64,000 nt of DNA, taken from assembly GCA_043228905.1 (NCBI GenBank), contig JBHGNT010000017.1, positions 8,060,001 to 8,124,000 on the forward strand. Reading direction: 5' to 3'. Position 1 is the stretch's first letter; each line of letters opens with the position of its first letter. Below the pieces are notes generated by a model. It searched no databases, was not told the DNA's origin, and saw only the letters and a list, made by a program, of their open reading frames with translations. The position numbers were made by a program, and so were the translations under genes. This document shows positions 12,183 to 25,823 of this stretch, one piece after another. Origin of the DNA: Azolla caroliniana (lineage: Eukaryota > Plantae > Polypodiophyta).

Positions 12183-14428
12183 TTTTCGATCGAGGGTTAT
12201 ACCACTTATAACCCTTTTGTTCATCCGAGTAGGCAACAAGAATGCACTTTTCGGCTTTTGCGTCTAACTTCCTCCGTTTTTCCTTCGGTACGTGCACATA
12301 TGCAATGCTATCGAACACCCGAAGGTGTGCCAAATTCGGCTTCCTCTCCAAATACAGTTCGTGCAGCGACACCTTTGTCCCTAAGGCAGATATCTGATTT
12401 TGGATGTAGACGACTGACCGAATTGCTTCGGCCCAATAAAACTTGGGCATGCTTTTCTCCTCGAGCATTGCCCTTGTCGCTTCTACTAGCGTCCTGTTCC
12501 GATGCTTGGCCACACCGTTCTGCTCTAGTGTGTATCTGTAGGAGAATTCCTGTCAAATCCCCTTCGTCTGCAGATAACTCATGAACTGGCCGGAAAAAGT
12601 ACTCTTTTCCGCCATTCGATCTGAGACACTTTATCTTTCTTCCGGTTTCGCATTCGACAAGGTTCTCCAAATCCCGGAAACACGAGAAGACTTTGCTTTT
12701 CTTCTCAATTAGATAGATCCACCGATGCTCACGTTTTGTGCCGGTCCCCACACATCCGAGTGGATAAGGTCAAGCCGATTCCGGCTTTGATTCTTCTCAT
12801 TGGGGAATGGAAGTCTATGTTGCTTCCCGAACTGACAAGCTTCACATATTTTGCGTTTCTGGCCACTAAACTCCGGCAATCCGGAAATTACGTATTCTGA
12901 TTGCAGCTTGTGAAGCTTTCAGAAATTGATGTCATTGATCTGCTTGTGCCACAGGTCAATGCCCTTTTGCAAACATAGCGGTGCCAACATCATTCGTTTT
13001 GAGGATAAACATCCTTCCATCTCGGCGCCCTTACGCGATCACTTTGCCCTCTTCTTTGATTAAGCACCCGAGGTGCGTGAACTAAACTTGCATCCCTTGA
13101 TCAACAACCCGTCCAACTGACACCAGATTCTTTGTGATTGTCGGGATGTGAAGCACACTCATAAGCTTTCCTTTTTGTTTGACATGACTCAAGGGAACTT
13201 CTCCGACATGCACGATCGGGTGAGGAGTGTCGTCTCCGGTTTCGACAACTCTCGGTTGCTCCGGCTTTTCCAAAAACGAGAACCACTCTTCATGGCTCGT
13301 CATGTGGGTTGATGCTCTAGAGTCAATGTACCACACTTCCTCCAATCCAGAAGTGGCATTCTTCGTCGAGTTTGTCTTGTGCTTCATCACAAAGGCTGAC
13401 CCTTTTCCGGTCTTACTAGTTTCGGATCCTTCTGATCCTTCTGCGTAGTGCGAGCTTTGCCGGCTCCCTTGTTCGGTCTTGCTGGACCCGGAGTTACCCG
13501 AATCGGCGTGCTTATTCCAACACTCATTTTCCGGGTGGCCTTTCTTGCCACAGTACAAGCATTTCGTATCGGTTTTCCCTTGTCGGTTTCCGGCACCGCC
13601 TTGACTCCCCTTGCTAGTGGAGGGTTCGGAACTGCTGTCGGCACTATCTCTGTGCCTTCGGTTTTGCTCTTGTCGGCTGCTTGCATTGCGTGCTGACCCA
13701 CCTCATCTTCCACGTCCAGGGGGTCGATCCGCCTCCATGTACAACATCTGACTATCCGATTGAGTGGTCCTTGACCCACTCACGCGGTTTTCTTCGACCA
13801 TTAACATCAATTGTAGGTCGAAGAAGGACAATGGTTTCTCCTGGGTGCAAATCGTTGTTCGGATTGGCCCGTACCGATGTGCTAGACCATCGGGGCAGAT
13901 CAGGACCATCTCGTCCTCGTCCACCATCACATTGATGGAACCGAGCACGTTGAAGATCTCCTTGATCTTGGTGGTGTAATCGGTGACCAACATGTCTCGT
14001 TGCCGGATACTGTTGAGCTCTTGCCAGAGCTACAACTTCCGAGCCGTGGTACTTGCGGTGAAAATCTTCCAAAGATTTTCCTAGGTCTCTTTTGGCGTTT
14101 TTGCATCCCTGGTGTAGCCGAGCATCTGGTCATGCACACAGGATGTGAGGTAGTACAACACTCTGCTCGCTCCTTGCTCCCATACCGGGAAGTCCTTGTG
14201 TGCTGAATCCAGTGCTGCTTCATTGGATCATGCCACATAGTTCCAATATCCATGCCCTAGCAGGTACTGGTGCATTTTATACGACCATGATGCATAGTTT
14301 CTCTTGTTGAGCTTTTGCTTCTGTTCATACCTACTCTTTTCGGTCTGTTCTTTTATCGGTGATTAGGGTTTGTCCGCTTCGAGTAGTTGTCGGTAGCAGA
14401 GGTTGTCAACCATCACACTCTAATACCA

Positions 14429-14889
14429 TGAAAAGAATAGTGTGCGGAAGCTTGTAGACAAACCGGCTCAGCTAGATTACAACAATAAAACAGAGAATGA
14501 AGGTTTAATGGAAGCTTAAGAAGAGAGAATACACAGGAGAGACAGAGTGAGCAGAAAGCATAAACTCAATTCAAAATAATAACACTCTATGCACATACAA
14601 TGTGCTTAGTGAGCACTTTTATACAAGTTCTTAAAAGGATTGACAGAAGTACTAACAAGTACTTATGCTCATATGAGCGACTAACACTGACTCCAAGGAA
14701 TCTGCCTATGTACTAGGCTAGATTTGTAGGCCTCTAACGGCCTACCAGTTACAATCCGGTCCGTCTCTTTGATCCGGCTCCTGGTTCCGGACACAATCCT
14801 GGACACTGATTCGGTTCTTCGTTCCAAACTCCGATCCAGCTCTAGCTTATTAAACTGATCCGGATCTGGTTGAGCTTGTCTCCTCAACA
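14429..14889 (-). repeat. 5' LTR of copia C1
   Basis: Homologous to LTRs at 17719-18193 and 26775-27168; adjacent to PBS. Confidence 0.85.
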
Positions 14890-17718
14890 TCATCATGCAA
14901 GGGCGCCAAGAAGGGAGGATGTTCATCCTCGAAACGAACAAAGTCGGAACCACGATGTTTGCAAAAAGGTAAAAGGTCGAGTCGGCCATCAACCTATGGC
15001 ACAAGCGGTTCGGCCACGTCAACTTCCTGCGGTTTCGGGAGATGCAGACAAAGAACATTGTCTTCAGATTACCAAAAGTTAGTGGTCAGAACGACCAAGT
15101 CTGAGTAGCTTGCTAGTTAGGGAAGCAACACTGACTTCCATTCCCCAACTAGTTAAATCGGAGCGGAAACCGCCTTGATTTAATCCATTCGGATGTCTTG
15201 GGACTGGCACAGAACGTGAATATCGGAGGAAGTCGTTACTTTGTAACCTTCATTGATGACTACACTCGGCACACTTGGGCGTGCTTGATCATGAAGAAGA
15301 GCGAAGTCTTTGCCTGCTTCCTGAAGGTGAAGAGCCTTGCCGAACGGGAAACCGACAGAAAAATCAAGTGCCCGAGATCCAATGGTTGAAAAGAGTACTT
15401 TTCTGACTAGTTCTCGAGTTATTTGCAGAAGGAAGGAATTCGGCGAGAATTCTCTTGCATATACACACCTGAGCAGAATGGTGTGGCTGAGCAGAAGAAC
15501 CAAACTATAGAGGAGGCGACACGGGCAATTCTTGAGGAGAAGCATATGCTGAAGTTTTACTGGGCCGAATTGGTCTAGACAACCGTCTACCTGCATAATC
15601 AGACAATTGCAAATGGAGGAGTGTCGCCACATGAACTGTATTTCGGGAAGAAGCCGAACTTGGCACACTTGAGGGTATTCGGTTGCATAGCATATGTGCA
15701 TGTGCTGAAGGAGAAACAGAGGAAGCTATATGTGAAAGCCAAGAAGTGCATTCTCGTCGGCTACTCAGATGAGCAAAAGGGTTATAAGTGTTATAACTCC
15801 CAAATGAAAGAGGTCTGAGTAAGCCGAGATGTCGTTTTCGAACCCTGACAACTCCATTCCGAATTCTGAAGATGAAGTCAATGAGGCCAAAATGCCATCG
15901 GACGAAGAAGAAATCTGAACTCACGGCTAAGTGGGCCGAATGAGACACTGAATTGGAATGTCCAGTTGGATGTTCCGGCGAGTAGTGGAGACTCGGCCAT
16001 GCTGTTCCCGCACACAGAACTGAGGAGACAGTTCACGTGGAAAGAAAAAGGAAAGAAGAAGATGCTGGAATACGACACCGACAGGGAAGAGTCGGATCAG
16101 AGCAAATTCGACTCCGGAAATCATGAAGAAGGACCTTCAGAGAAGAGGTCGGAGTTAGTCAAGAAGGCCATCAAATTGGTAGAGCAGAAATTGTTAGAAA
16201 TATTGAGAATTGATTAGATAGGTATATATAGTTACAACCACAGAGATGGATATATGAAAACAAAACTTTGATTAGATATTAGAGTAGGTCACAATGGTAG
16301 TTCACCCATGCGTTCACACCTTAGACCTTAGATGGGATTTTGACTAGCTCACTACAAAATTAGTGGGGACTGATGATCAAACCAACTACTGTGTAAGAAA
16401 CTGGATTATATTCTATGTTTGGTCTGAGTATAACATTAAATGTGCAAGTCAGTTGATAGTAGTGGAGATTTCCTTTTCTGTCAACTGACTTGTCATGTAA
16501 TATGACCCAACTCCCTAGATACAAGCTAGTGCTAGATAGTACTTATCTTGAAGTCAAAGGCACATACTTCAAGACTAAGTGCATCGTAACTTGGCCACAA
16601 AATATTCTAGTTGACTTGATTAGCCAATCCTATTACCAATTTCACTATTTCCTAAATCCATTGTCCTACACATCTATGGTTTCCTAGATTAACACCGTAT
16701 CGACCCATTTGGTTGAGTTGCACACTAGCCACTCCTCATTTGGGGCACTATCACAAAATGTGCACTCTAAGAGCACATATGGGGATAGGTTTACAACTTG
16801 GGACTGATAATTGATTATATCTAATAGAAATTGCATTGATCTACCCACCAAAAGCACCCCGTAGTTTGATATAGATACGACGAGTACATGGCGCATCACT
16901 ATGCGTACATGACGAAGGTGGTGGAAGTGCATGAGCAGGAGAGCTATGTAGAAGTGGCAAAGGATGCAAATTGGTGTGTCGTGATGGAGGAAGAGATGCA
17001 CGCGCTCACGGAGAATGAAATGTGGGACTTGGTTGACGCACCAAGGGGTGTGAAGCCGATCGGATGTTGGTGGCTGTACAAAGTAAAATATAATGCCGAT
17101 GGTACCATTAATAGGTACAAGGCCTGGTTAGTGGCAAAGGCTATGCGCAACAACACGCCATCGACTACGATGAGATGTTTGCACTGGTCACGAAGATGAC
17201 GACCGTCCGTGTCTTGCTAGCGGTAGTCACAGTAGACACTTACATCAAATGGATGTAAAGAATGCGTTCCTACAAGGTGATCTTGAGGAACATGTGTACA
17301 TGGTACAACCCCCTGGATTTCAGTCTAGAATGAACACGTCAGTTGTTTGCCAACGAAAGAAGTCCCTCTACGGACTCAAGCAAGCTTGCGTGCCTAGAAC
17401 GCGAAGATCACGTAGCGATTGCGTCGGATAGGGTTTGCCACGTCGAAGTTGGACTCTTCACTTTTCATTTGGCAAGGTCAAAGTGGGCTGGTTAGTATTT
17501 TACTTTATGTTGATGATTTAGTCATCCCTAGTGCCGACCAAGAAGAAATTGGTCGCGTCAAGTTCTAACTAGCGGCCTCATTCGACATGAAGGATCTTAG
17601 GGATCGAAGTGATCTGCGTCCCCGAAGGCATACTGATCAGCCAACGACATTATGTGCTAAGTATGCTCTTCAAGTTCTGAATGACGGAGTGCAAATACAT
17701 CTCAACTCCTCTAGATAG
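14890..17718 (+). mobile_element. Degenerate copia C2 internal region (pre-integrase, integrase, RT), cut by C1 on the left and C3 on the right
   Basis: [41 protein letters not shown] motifs with many stops. Confidence 0.88.
16192..16826. repeat. Solo LTR (635 bp) of another family inserted in C2
   Basis: TGTTAGA...TCTAATA termini; TSD GAAAT (16187-16191, 16827-16831); no coding content. Confidence 0.8.
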
Positions 17719-20657
17719 TGTAAAAGTGAATATGCGAAAGCTTAGATAAATCGGCTCAGTCGGATAACAATCGTAAAACAGAAATGAAGGTTTAATGGAA
17801 GTTTAAGAATACACAGTACATAGGAGAGACAGAGACAGTGGAATAACATAAAATTAATTAAAAAATAATAACACTTTGTACATAAAAATGTCCTACAGAA
17901 CACTTTTTATACAAGTCCTTAAAAGAACCGACAGAAGTACTAACATGTACTTCAATGCTCATAATAGCCACAAACACTAACTCCAAGGAATATGCCTACG
18001 TACTAGGCTCGGACCATAGGCCCCAATGGTCTACCGGTTCTCACTATTCCGGAGTACGATCTGGTTCTCCGGTCAGGCCCTAGGTTCTGAATACCAATAT
18101 ATATGGACACATATCCGGTTCTCCATTCTGGATACCGATCTGGCTCTGGCTTATTCAGCCGATTCGGATCTGGTTGAGCTTGCCCGCTGAACACTCCCCC
18201 TCAAGCTCAACTTGAGGTCGGATAGCTGTGTGTGTCCACCGGTCCTTTCCTCCGGCTTCTCCTAGCATCTTCCCCCCTTGCTCGCACTCCTTGACCCGTC
18301 CGATTTCACTTCCCACAACCCATCTGGTCCCTCGCACCTCGACCTTCTCGGTCGGCTTGTCTGCTCATAAGACCCTTTTCAACTGCTTCACTGTTGCGAC
18401 TTCGGCGCTTCTCGACCCATCGGTCCCTCCGTGTCAGTGTCGACTTCCGTTGCCTTCGTGTCTGTTTGGCCTTCTATTGATTCGGCTCCTCCGAATAGAA
18501 CTCCTCTTCAGAATCGACTGCCTCCGATTCGTTCCAGCTCTTGTTCGAAATGGCTGTCTCCAATTCTTCTTCAACCTTCAGGCCCTTCACCACGTCGGAC
18601 CACATTCAAGTCTTGGTCTTCTCGTTCTGGTCGGCTCTCTCCTTCTTGACTCTGCCGCCGTCACCGCTTGTTCCGACTTGTTCGAATGTGCCGACTTTTT
18701 CAGATGGCTCGGCTTCCTTTTTCTTCTTGTCTCCCCTTGTTTTGTTTGTTTCCTTCTCTTCGGCTACTTGTCCCGTGCCTTTGTGTATTTTCTGGTCTCT
18801 GTTCCGGTTCCAGTTCTCCCTTTATCAATACCGGTTCTCCCCCTCAAGTGCGGCATGTCGAGATGTTGAAGACCAAGCATCTCCGAAAAATGTTGCAACT
18901 TGTCGGTCCCGAGGGCCTTCGTGAAGATGTCGGCAACCTGCCGATCCGTCTGGACATACCGGAGTACTAGTTCGCCTCTGAGGACCCGCTCACGCACGAA
19001 GTGATAATGCACTTCTATGTGCTTCGTTCAAGCATGGAACATAGGGTTCTTGGCTAGCTGCACACTGCCCATGTTGTCACAGTAGATTGGAATCGGAGTT
19101 GGTACTTTGATCCAGAGATCTTGTAGAGGCCGCCGAAGCCACATGGTTTCACAAATGGCAACGGTAGCGGCCTGATACTCGGCCTCATTCCTTGAAAGAG
19201 CCACTTTTGGCTGCTTTTTGTTGCTCCACGCAACAACCGTGCTACCTAGAGAGAACATGAAACTGGAAGTGGACTGACGATTCGACGCATCACCGGCCCA
19301 ATCGACATTTGTATATCAGACTAGCTTTTCCGATGCATCTGTATATGAATCACCCTGATCCCGAGGAAGTAATGGAGGTTCCCCAGGTCCTTCATTTCGA
19401 ATGCATCCGACAGCTGGGACTTCACTTGGCCGATTTTAGCGAGTTAGAATCTGGTGATGACTAGATCGTCCACATACATCAGGATACATATCGGACCTTC
19501 TGGACCTTTCCAGATGAACAAATAAGAGTCTGACTTCAAGGCCGCAAACCCGATCTTACACAACCGGTGTGTGGTCTTCGAATTCCAAGCTCGGGGGGCT
19601 TGCTTCATGCCGTAAAGGGACTTTTTAAGTCGTCAGACTGCCGACTTGTTCATCTCCGATTGAAATCCAGGGGGCTGGATCATGTAGACCCGTTCTTCAA
19701 GATCACCTTGAAGAAACACATTCTTCACGTCCATTTGATAAAGATTCCATCCCCTTGCCGCAACAACCGCCAACACCGCACGAATCGTCGTCATCTTCGC
19801 TATAGTAGTGAAGGTTTCGTCGTAGTCGATTCCGTGGGTCTGCACATATCCTTTGGCCACTAACCGGGCCTTGTACCGGTTGACCAAACCATCAACATTG
19901 TAGTTAACCTTGTACACCCAATTGCAATCGATCGATTTGCAATGTCAAGGAGGGTCAATGAAGTCTCATGTGTTGTTGGCATCGAGTGCCCGCATCTCTT
20001 CCTCCATAGCGACACGCCAATGTGCGTCCTTTGCCGCTTCTGCATAGCTCTCCGGCTCACGCACCTCCGCCACTTTCGTCATGTACACATAGTGATGCAC
20101 CATGTACTCACTATATCCGTACCGCTTCACGGGGTTCTTCTAGTGGGTATATCGGTGTAACTTCTCGTTAGTCGATTCACGACGTTCTTCTAGTGGTTGT
20201 ATCGACGTAACTTCTCGTTAGCCGATTTCAAGGACCTCTTGGCTCTTCTTCATTTTGTCTGGAGTCGGATTCGCTCCGATCCGACTCGTCTTTGCCGGTG
20301 TCTTATTCTGGTTGGCATCTTCTTCTTCCCCTTCTCTTTGCGCGTGAACCATCTCTTCGGTTCCTTACGCGGGGACAACACAGTTGAGTCTCCACTACTC
20401 ACCAACTCTTCATTTTACTGGTCGTTCCGACTCAGTCGCTCGGTCGAGCCGATCAACCGAAATGAAATCGGACTCTCATCTAGAGTACCAAAGTCTTCTT
20501 CATCTTCTGCCCGGATTGTTTCCGGCGCATTGGCCTCATCTTCCGGAATCGAGTCGGAGTCGGGGGTCGGAGACGGCAAAGAGTACCAGGACGCCGATTT
20601 GTTAAATTCGACATTTCGGCTTTCTCGGACTGTCTTTGTCCGGGGTCGTAGCACTTA
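17719..20657 (-). mobile_element. Degenerate copia C3, 3' half (integrase end, RT with internal deletion, RNase H, 3' LTR)
   Basis: 3' LTR 17719-18193, PPT GAGGGGGAG, IYCDN and ADIFTK motifs; 50-bp tandem duplication from 20134. Confidence 0.88.
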
Positions 20658-21402
20658 ACTTCATGTGCTTTGCTCCCTCATATGTTAAGATTTCCAGGAG
20701 ATAGCCCACGTATGAAACAATGGATAATGATTATACAAGAGTTTGAAGTAAGTTTTATTAAAGAAGAAACTATTAGGTCTAAGATGGTGGATTTGCTTAC
20801 CTATAAGGAGCTTGTGCCAACAAAAACTGTAAAAGAGATAGATGATCATGTCGAACCAGTCAATGAGTTTGAAATAATGTTAAAAAAGTTTGAAGGGGTA
20901 TTACATTTTGATGGTGCTTTTAAGCAAAAAACAAAGATTGCAGGAATTGGATATGCTTTTGTGAATAGAGAATGCCATGAGTTATGGACTAGAAGTGATC
21001 ACATTGAAGTGAATAGTCACAATGAGGCCGAGTATCTTAACTTAATTGATGCCTTAAAAGTATGCTTGGAAAAAGGAATTAGAAGTTTGATGGTGAAGGG
21101 AGATTCATTGTTGATTATAAGACAAGTGCAGGTGCAAAAGGCTAGTCTTCGTCCCCTTCTCCAACAAGTGATGCAATTGTAACGCCAGTTCATGGAGTGT
21201 CAATTTCAGCATATCCGAAGAGATAAGAATGAAAGGGCTCATGAGCTAGAAAGCAAGATAGTAGCACAAGAAGTGGGAGTGCATGCTATAAATATGCCAT
21301 CATACAAAGGTTGAGAGAGCCTAGAAGAGGAGGAATATGTTTTAAGGACAGGAAGGGCTAGAAAAGAGGTTCCATATCATAGGCAACTTGCAGTAACACG
21401 TC

Positions 21403-22539
21403 GTGCACAAAGGATGTGGAGGCCATTTTGGAATAGAATATACTAAAAGGAAGATCATGCAAACTCAAGTAACATGCCCAAGCATGTATAGGGATGTGGT
21501 ACATTGGTGTAGATCATGTCACGAATGTCAATTATATCAACAAAGAAGATTAATGCCTGAACCTCCAGGAAGGATTGTTAGCTATAAGATTTTCTCTAAC
21601 TGGGGTTTAGATATCATTGGGCCATTACCTAGTTCTAGTAATGGCAAAGTATACATTATGTCAGCAGTAGAATATGTTTCACGATGGCCAGAAGCACGAG
21701 CTACACGTATTGCAACAAGCAAAGAAGTGGCAAGGTTTGTTTTTGAACAAGTATTATGTAGATTTGGTGTGCCCTTGGAGTTAGTTATAGATAATGGTCT
21801 TGAATTTAGAGGAGATTTTGTTAAAGATTTGGTAACTCATTTGGAGAATGCACATAAAAGAGCTACTCCATATCACCCACAATGTAATGGATTGGTGGAG
21901 GCCTTTAATGGGACTATACAGAAGCTATTCTTCAAGCTTGTGGACTTGTATCCACGGAATTGGGATAAAGATTTAAACAAAGCACTATGGGCATCTAGGA
22001 TGACACATAAGCTTTCCATAGGTTTTACTCCCTTCCACTTAGTATATGGGGAGGATGCAATGATGCCTGCAAATGTGTTGTTTCCTTCTATTCAAATGAT
22101 GGAGTGTTTAGGATTGCATGATGAATTTCAAATGGATATACGAAAAGAAGCCATGCATGATTTATTTTGGAAAAGAGATGAGGCAATACATTTCTATGAA
22201 GACTTGTGTCAACGACGGGATAAAAGAAGTCAAGCACTAGCAAGGAAAAAAAACTTGATGGAGGGTATGTTGGTCTTAGTATATAATAGTTCCTTGGATA
22301 AGAATTTTCAAAGAAAATTCAAGCATAGGTGGGATGGACCTCATGTAATCCACAAGAGGTTTACCAATGGTACATATGAGCTAAAGAGTATGGATGGGTC
22401 ATTAATGAGAGAAAGGACCAATGGTATATATGAGCTAAAGAGTATGGATGGGTCATTAATGAGAGAAAGGATCAATGGGGTGAGATTAAAGCCATATCAT
22501 TTACGCATAATGAGCTCCTCAATGACAATGGCTTCTTAA
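21403..22539 (+). pseudogene. Gypsy integrase remnant with an in-frame 54-bp duplication (22363-22470)
   Basis: WGLDIIGP, DNG, YHPQCNGLVE, GP motifs. Confidence 0.85.
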
Positions 22540-23132
22540 AGTACACAGAATGAAACTTTTACTTGTACATATTTGTGAAATATTTTTAGGTGTTTGCTCC
22601 TCAAGACATGGATAAGGTATATATAGAGGATATTGGTAGTTTACTAGTGTTTAGCTAGAAAAAGCTTTGGCTTTACTTGGAGGGGGTTAAAGTGTTGTGT
22701 AGTAAATACTTGTGCTAAAAAAAGTAGCTAAACGATAATAAAATATGGACACAATCTGGTTATGACAGTTCAGGCATGATGGTGGATGCTTTAGTCGAAG
22801 GCATATTTGAAAAATCAAGATAAATTGATGTGACATAGTCAAAGAGAGACTTTACAATAGGCAATTGATATTTTGGTCGTAATATTTCAAGGGAATATTG
22901 GATTTCAATAAATAAACATTCTTTGGAAAGCTTTCTCGACATGCTACAAATGTCTAGGAGGGGTCGTGGATAGAAGCAAGCGTCTTCATACCCAAAATAG
23001 AAGATCTATCGGTTACATGCAAAGGAAAGTGGCCGAAGTGTTACATGTGCGGCACGTGGCAAGATACATGCAAGAACTAGCAATTAAGGACCTATTGTAT
23101 ATAAGTATGAGTGTGGAAGCCTTGAGAATAAG

Positions 23133-23953
23133 CAAGGTTGTTAGGTACGGTATGGATACCATACGCATTTAACGTATTAATACCCGTATAGTACCTCCCA
23201 ATTTAAAAATACGTTAAATACGTTTTCTTAATATGTTAAATACTTATAAAATACGTATTTTACGTAGAGTACGTTAAATACTTCTAGAATTTGAAAATTA
23301 TTTACCTTTCTAAAAAATATCTATAATATTGTAAAGAACATCTATGTTTACACAATTTTGTGATGTATAATATAGTTCTACATCCTAAAATGCATATAAG
23401 ACATTTGAACATGTCACATCCTAAAATACCTCTAGTAATATGGATGTCGACATTCCCTTATTCTATAAATTAGTGTAAGTGTGTATCACGATGTTCTACT
23501 TCAAATTGTAATTATGTACAATTATGCCTTCATAGATTGAGGAATCGTCTACGATTATCACGCTCATGATAGGTTTCTCTTTTCTTCGTTTTCTTCTTCT
23601 TCTTCTTCTTCTTCTATCTTTTGCGATTATCACACTCAAGATAGGTTTATGTCTTCTTTTCACTCATCATCATCATCATCATCATCATCTTCGTCTCTTC
23701 TATTCTTCTTTCTTCCTTCCTTTGGCTCCTTTTTCACTAAAATCTTTTTTTTCTTTTGCTTTTTGTTAGGGTTTTACTTACATTTTCGTTATAAATACGT
23801 ATTATACCAGTTTTTTTATAAATACGTTAAATACCGTATTGGACAAACGTACATGATATTTGACGGAACAACATTGAGGTATAGTACGTACTATATAAAT
23901 GATGAGGTACTATACGTAGTTAAACGTTAAATACGGGTACGTAAACAACCATG
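23133..23953. mobile_element. hAT-type non-autonomous element (MITE, 821 bp)
   Basis: TIRs CAAGGTTGTT / CATGGTTGTT; 8-bp TSD AGAATAAG (23125-23132, 23954-23961); TACGT-rich subtermini; internal (CTT)n and (CAT)n. Confidence 0.88.
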
Positions 23954-24259
23954 AGAATAAGAATAGCCTTAGAATATCTCTCTTGATGTAGTGTGTGTTT
24001 TTATATCCGTCTTGTTAATAGATACTCTATTTTCATTCTCCTTTCCTCTATCATAGATTATGATACATATCTTTGTCATTTCCAATCTCTTATTTGTCGT
24101 ACATGGATGATTATCATAAAACATTGTAGACCCTCTTTCATGTAGTGAGAATTTATATGTCACGCCTTTTCCACTTGCCTTTTCATTATTCCCATTCAAA
24201 ATCTCGATTATTTTGTTTCATACTAATTTTGTTATGATTACTACTATTACTGTTATAAT

Positions 24260-25823
24260 AACCCGTTTTTTTTCATACGTCAAAGTACGACGTCTCTACC
24301 CTTTCTTACCGGGTGTCGGTACTTTCCCCAACTCCGGCCGGTCCTGCCGAATTGCCGGCTTCGTTGCTGTCCAATTTTTTGTCGGTAACCTTTAATTGAC
24401 CTTCGATCACCACGTCTTATGTTAGTTGTTCCTTGTTCTCCTCCGATGCCTTGAATGGGTTTGCCGGCATTGGTTCCTTATATGGTTTGAGTCAGAACCC
24501 ATTAACCATTTCTTGAGTAACTCTCGAGCTAATGTTCCGAGCTGGTAAGATCCTTTAAATTCCCGTGTTATCCATTATGGTCCTATCCACCGGAACTGAA
24601 GCTTCCCCGACATGCTCCCCATTTGGGTCTGAAACACTAGCACCGGTTTTCTGATTCTGAATTTCTTCTCATTTCCCTTCCGATGTCGGTCGACGAACGC
24701 CTTACGTCGACGTTGCTCCAACTCCAATTGCATCCAGTTTAATATCCGGTGTTCTTCTAGCTCACAAGGTGTTTCCAACCGGATTTGTTCCGACTCCTGC
24801 TCACTCAACCAAGTGCAGACTAGGAATCTAGAATTCCATTGGCATAACTGCTTCTAGGCCGAATGCCAGCCGGAATGGTGTTGACCAGATGCCCATTTTG
24901 TAGGTTGTTCAGTAAGCCCACAAATCGCTGTGCAACTTTGTGTCCTAGTTCGTCCGGTTCTCGTTCACAATTTTCTGTAATATATTCTAAAGCGTTTTGT
25001 TGGTCGATTTAGCCAATCCATTTTCTTGAGGGTAGTACGACATACTTTTCTTGTGGACTACTACGTAGAATGTCGTCAAATTTTCGACCACTTGACCTAT
25101 GAAGTGTCCACCTTGGTCACTTATGAGCTCAATCGGACAACCATACTTGCACCATTTGTACTCATACAAAACCTTTACTATGAACCCCGCGGTATTTTCC
25201 TAGAGCACCTTCGCCTCCACCCACTTTGCGCAATAGTCCGTTGCTACGATGATATATCGGTTCCTGGTACGCATTGCTGACGGCTTGAACGGTCCGATGA
25301 AATCCAGCCCCCATTTCTGGAATGGTTCTAACGGAAGCACCAGTTGATGTGGCATTCACGCTTGCTCCATTGGTTTCCCCATTCGCCGGTATAAGTCACA
25401 CTCCTTACAATACCGTACCAAATCCTTAAGGGTGGTCAGCCACCACAATCCGCTCCGCCATATCTTCCGGGCCATTGTGTCTCTGACATAGTGTCCTCCG
25501 GTGACTCCACAATGTGCCTCGTGTAGTACTGCCTCCTTTTCGTGACTCCGAACCGCTCTCCTCCACACTCCGTCTGCTCCCTTATGGTATAGAGTATCTT
25601 GCAAAAGACAAAAATGTCGCCTATTTACAGCTAGATGTTTCCGCCTAGAGTCGAATGAATAATGTAAATATTAGCTAGTAATTTTATAGGAATGGACGGA
25701 TCCAGATAGTTGTACCGATCCAGATACGCCCGTTGCTATAAAATTACTAACTAATATTTACATTATTCATCAGACTCTTCCCTGTCCACATTTTTCCTCT
25801 GAATCATACTCCTAGGGCCAACA
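24260..25823 (-). mobile_element. Deleted non-chromovirus gypsy G (LTR start plus integrase), related to D
   Basis: HEAHCGVTGGHY, SDQG, LELEQRRRKAF..RWIGP; TGTTGG LTR-like start at 25823; left boundary approximate. Confidence 0.78.
25648..25777. repeat. Fold-back inverted repeat (arms of about 42-55 bp)
   Basis: GAGTC..ATGAATAATGTAAATATTAG.TAGTAATTTTATAG and its reverse complement. Confidence 0.85.

Larger units (their letters stand above)
3114..14889 (-). mobile_element. Degenerate Ty1/copia C1, interrupted by a solo LTR, B and A
   Basis: Minus-strand gag (ASWSYKMHQYL), zinc knuckle, protease, integrase, RT ([15 protein letters not shown]) in copia order; 5' LTR 14429-14889; PBS TGGTATTAGAG ending at 14428. 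Confidence 0.9.
20658..24220 (+). mobile_element. Tat-like Ty3/gypsy 3' fragment with an additional RNase H, integrase and 3' LTR
   Basis: FDGA..NEAEY..GDSLLII extra RNase H; integrase 21403-22539; PPT GGAGGGGG then TGTTG at 22693; right end of the LTR is approximate. Confidence 0.78.

Noticed and set aside
16192-16826. TA terminus as a family trait of this solo LTR (also the E2 end at 42485)
   Set aside because: Single copies; the E2 sister LTR has the canonical end, so a point mutation is sufficient
18228-18869. 213-aa hydrophobic env-like ORF
   Set aside because: Antisense shadow of the purine-rich C3 pol extension; the conserved peptide is on the other strand
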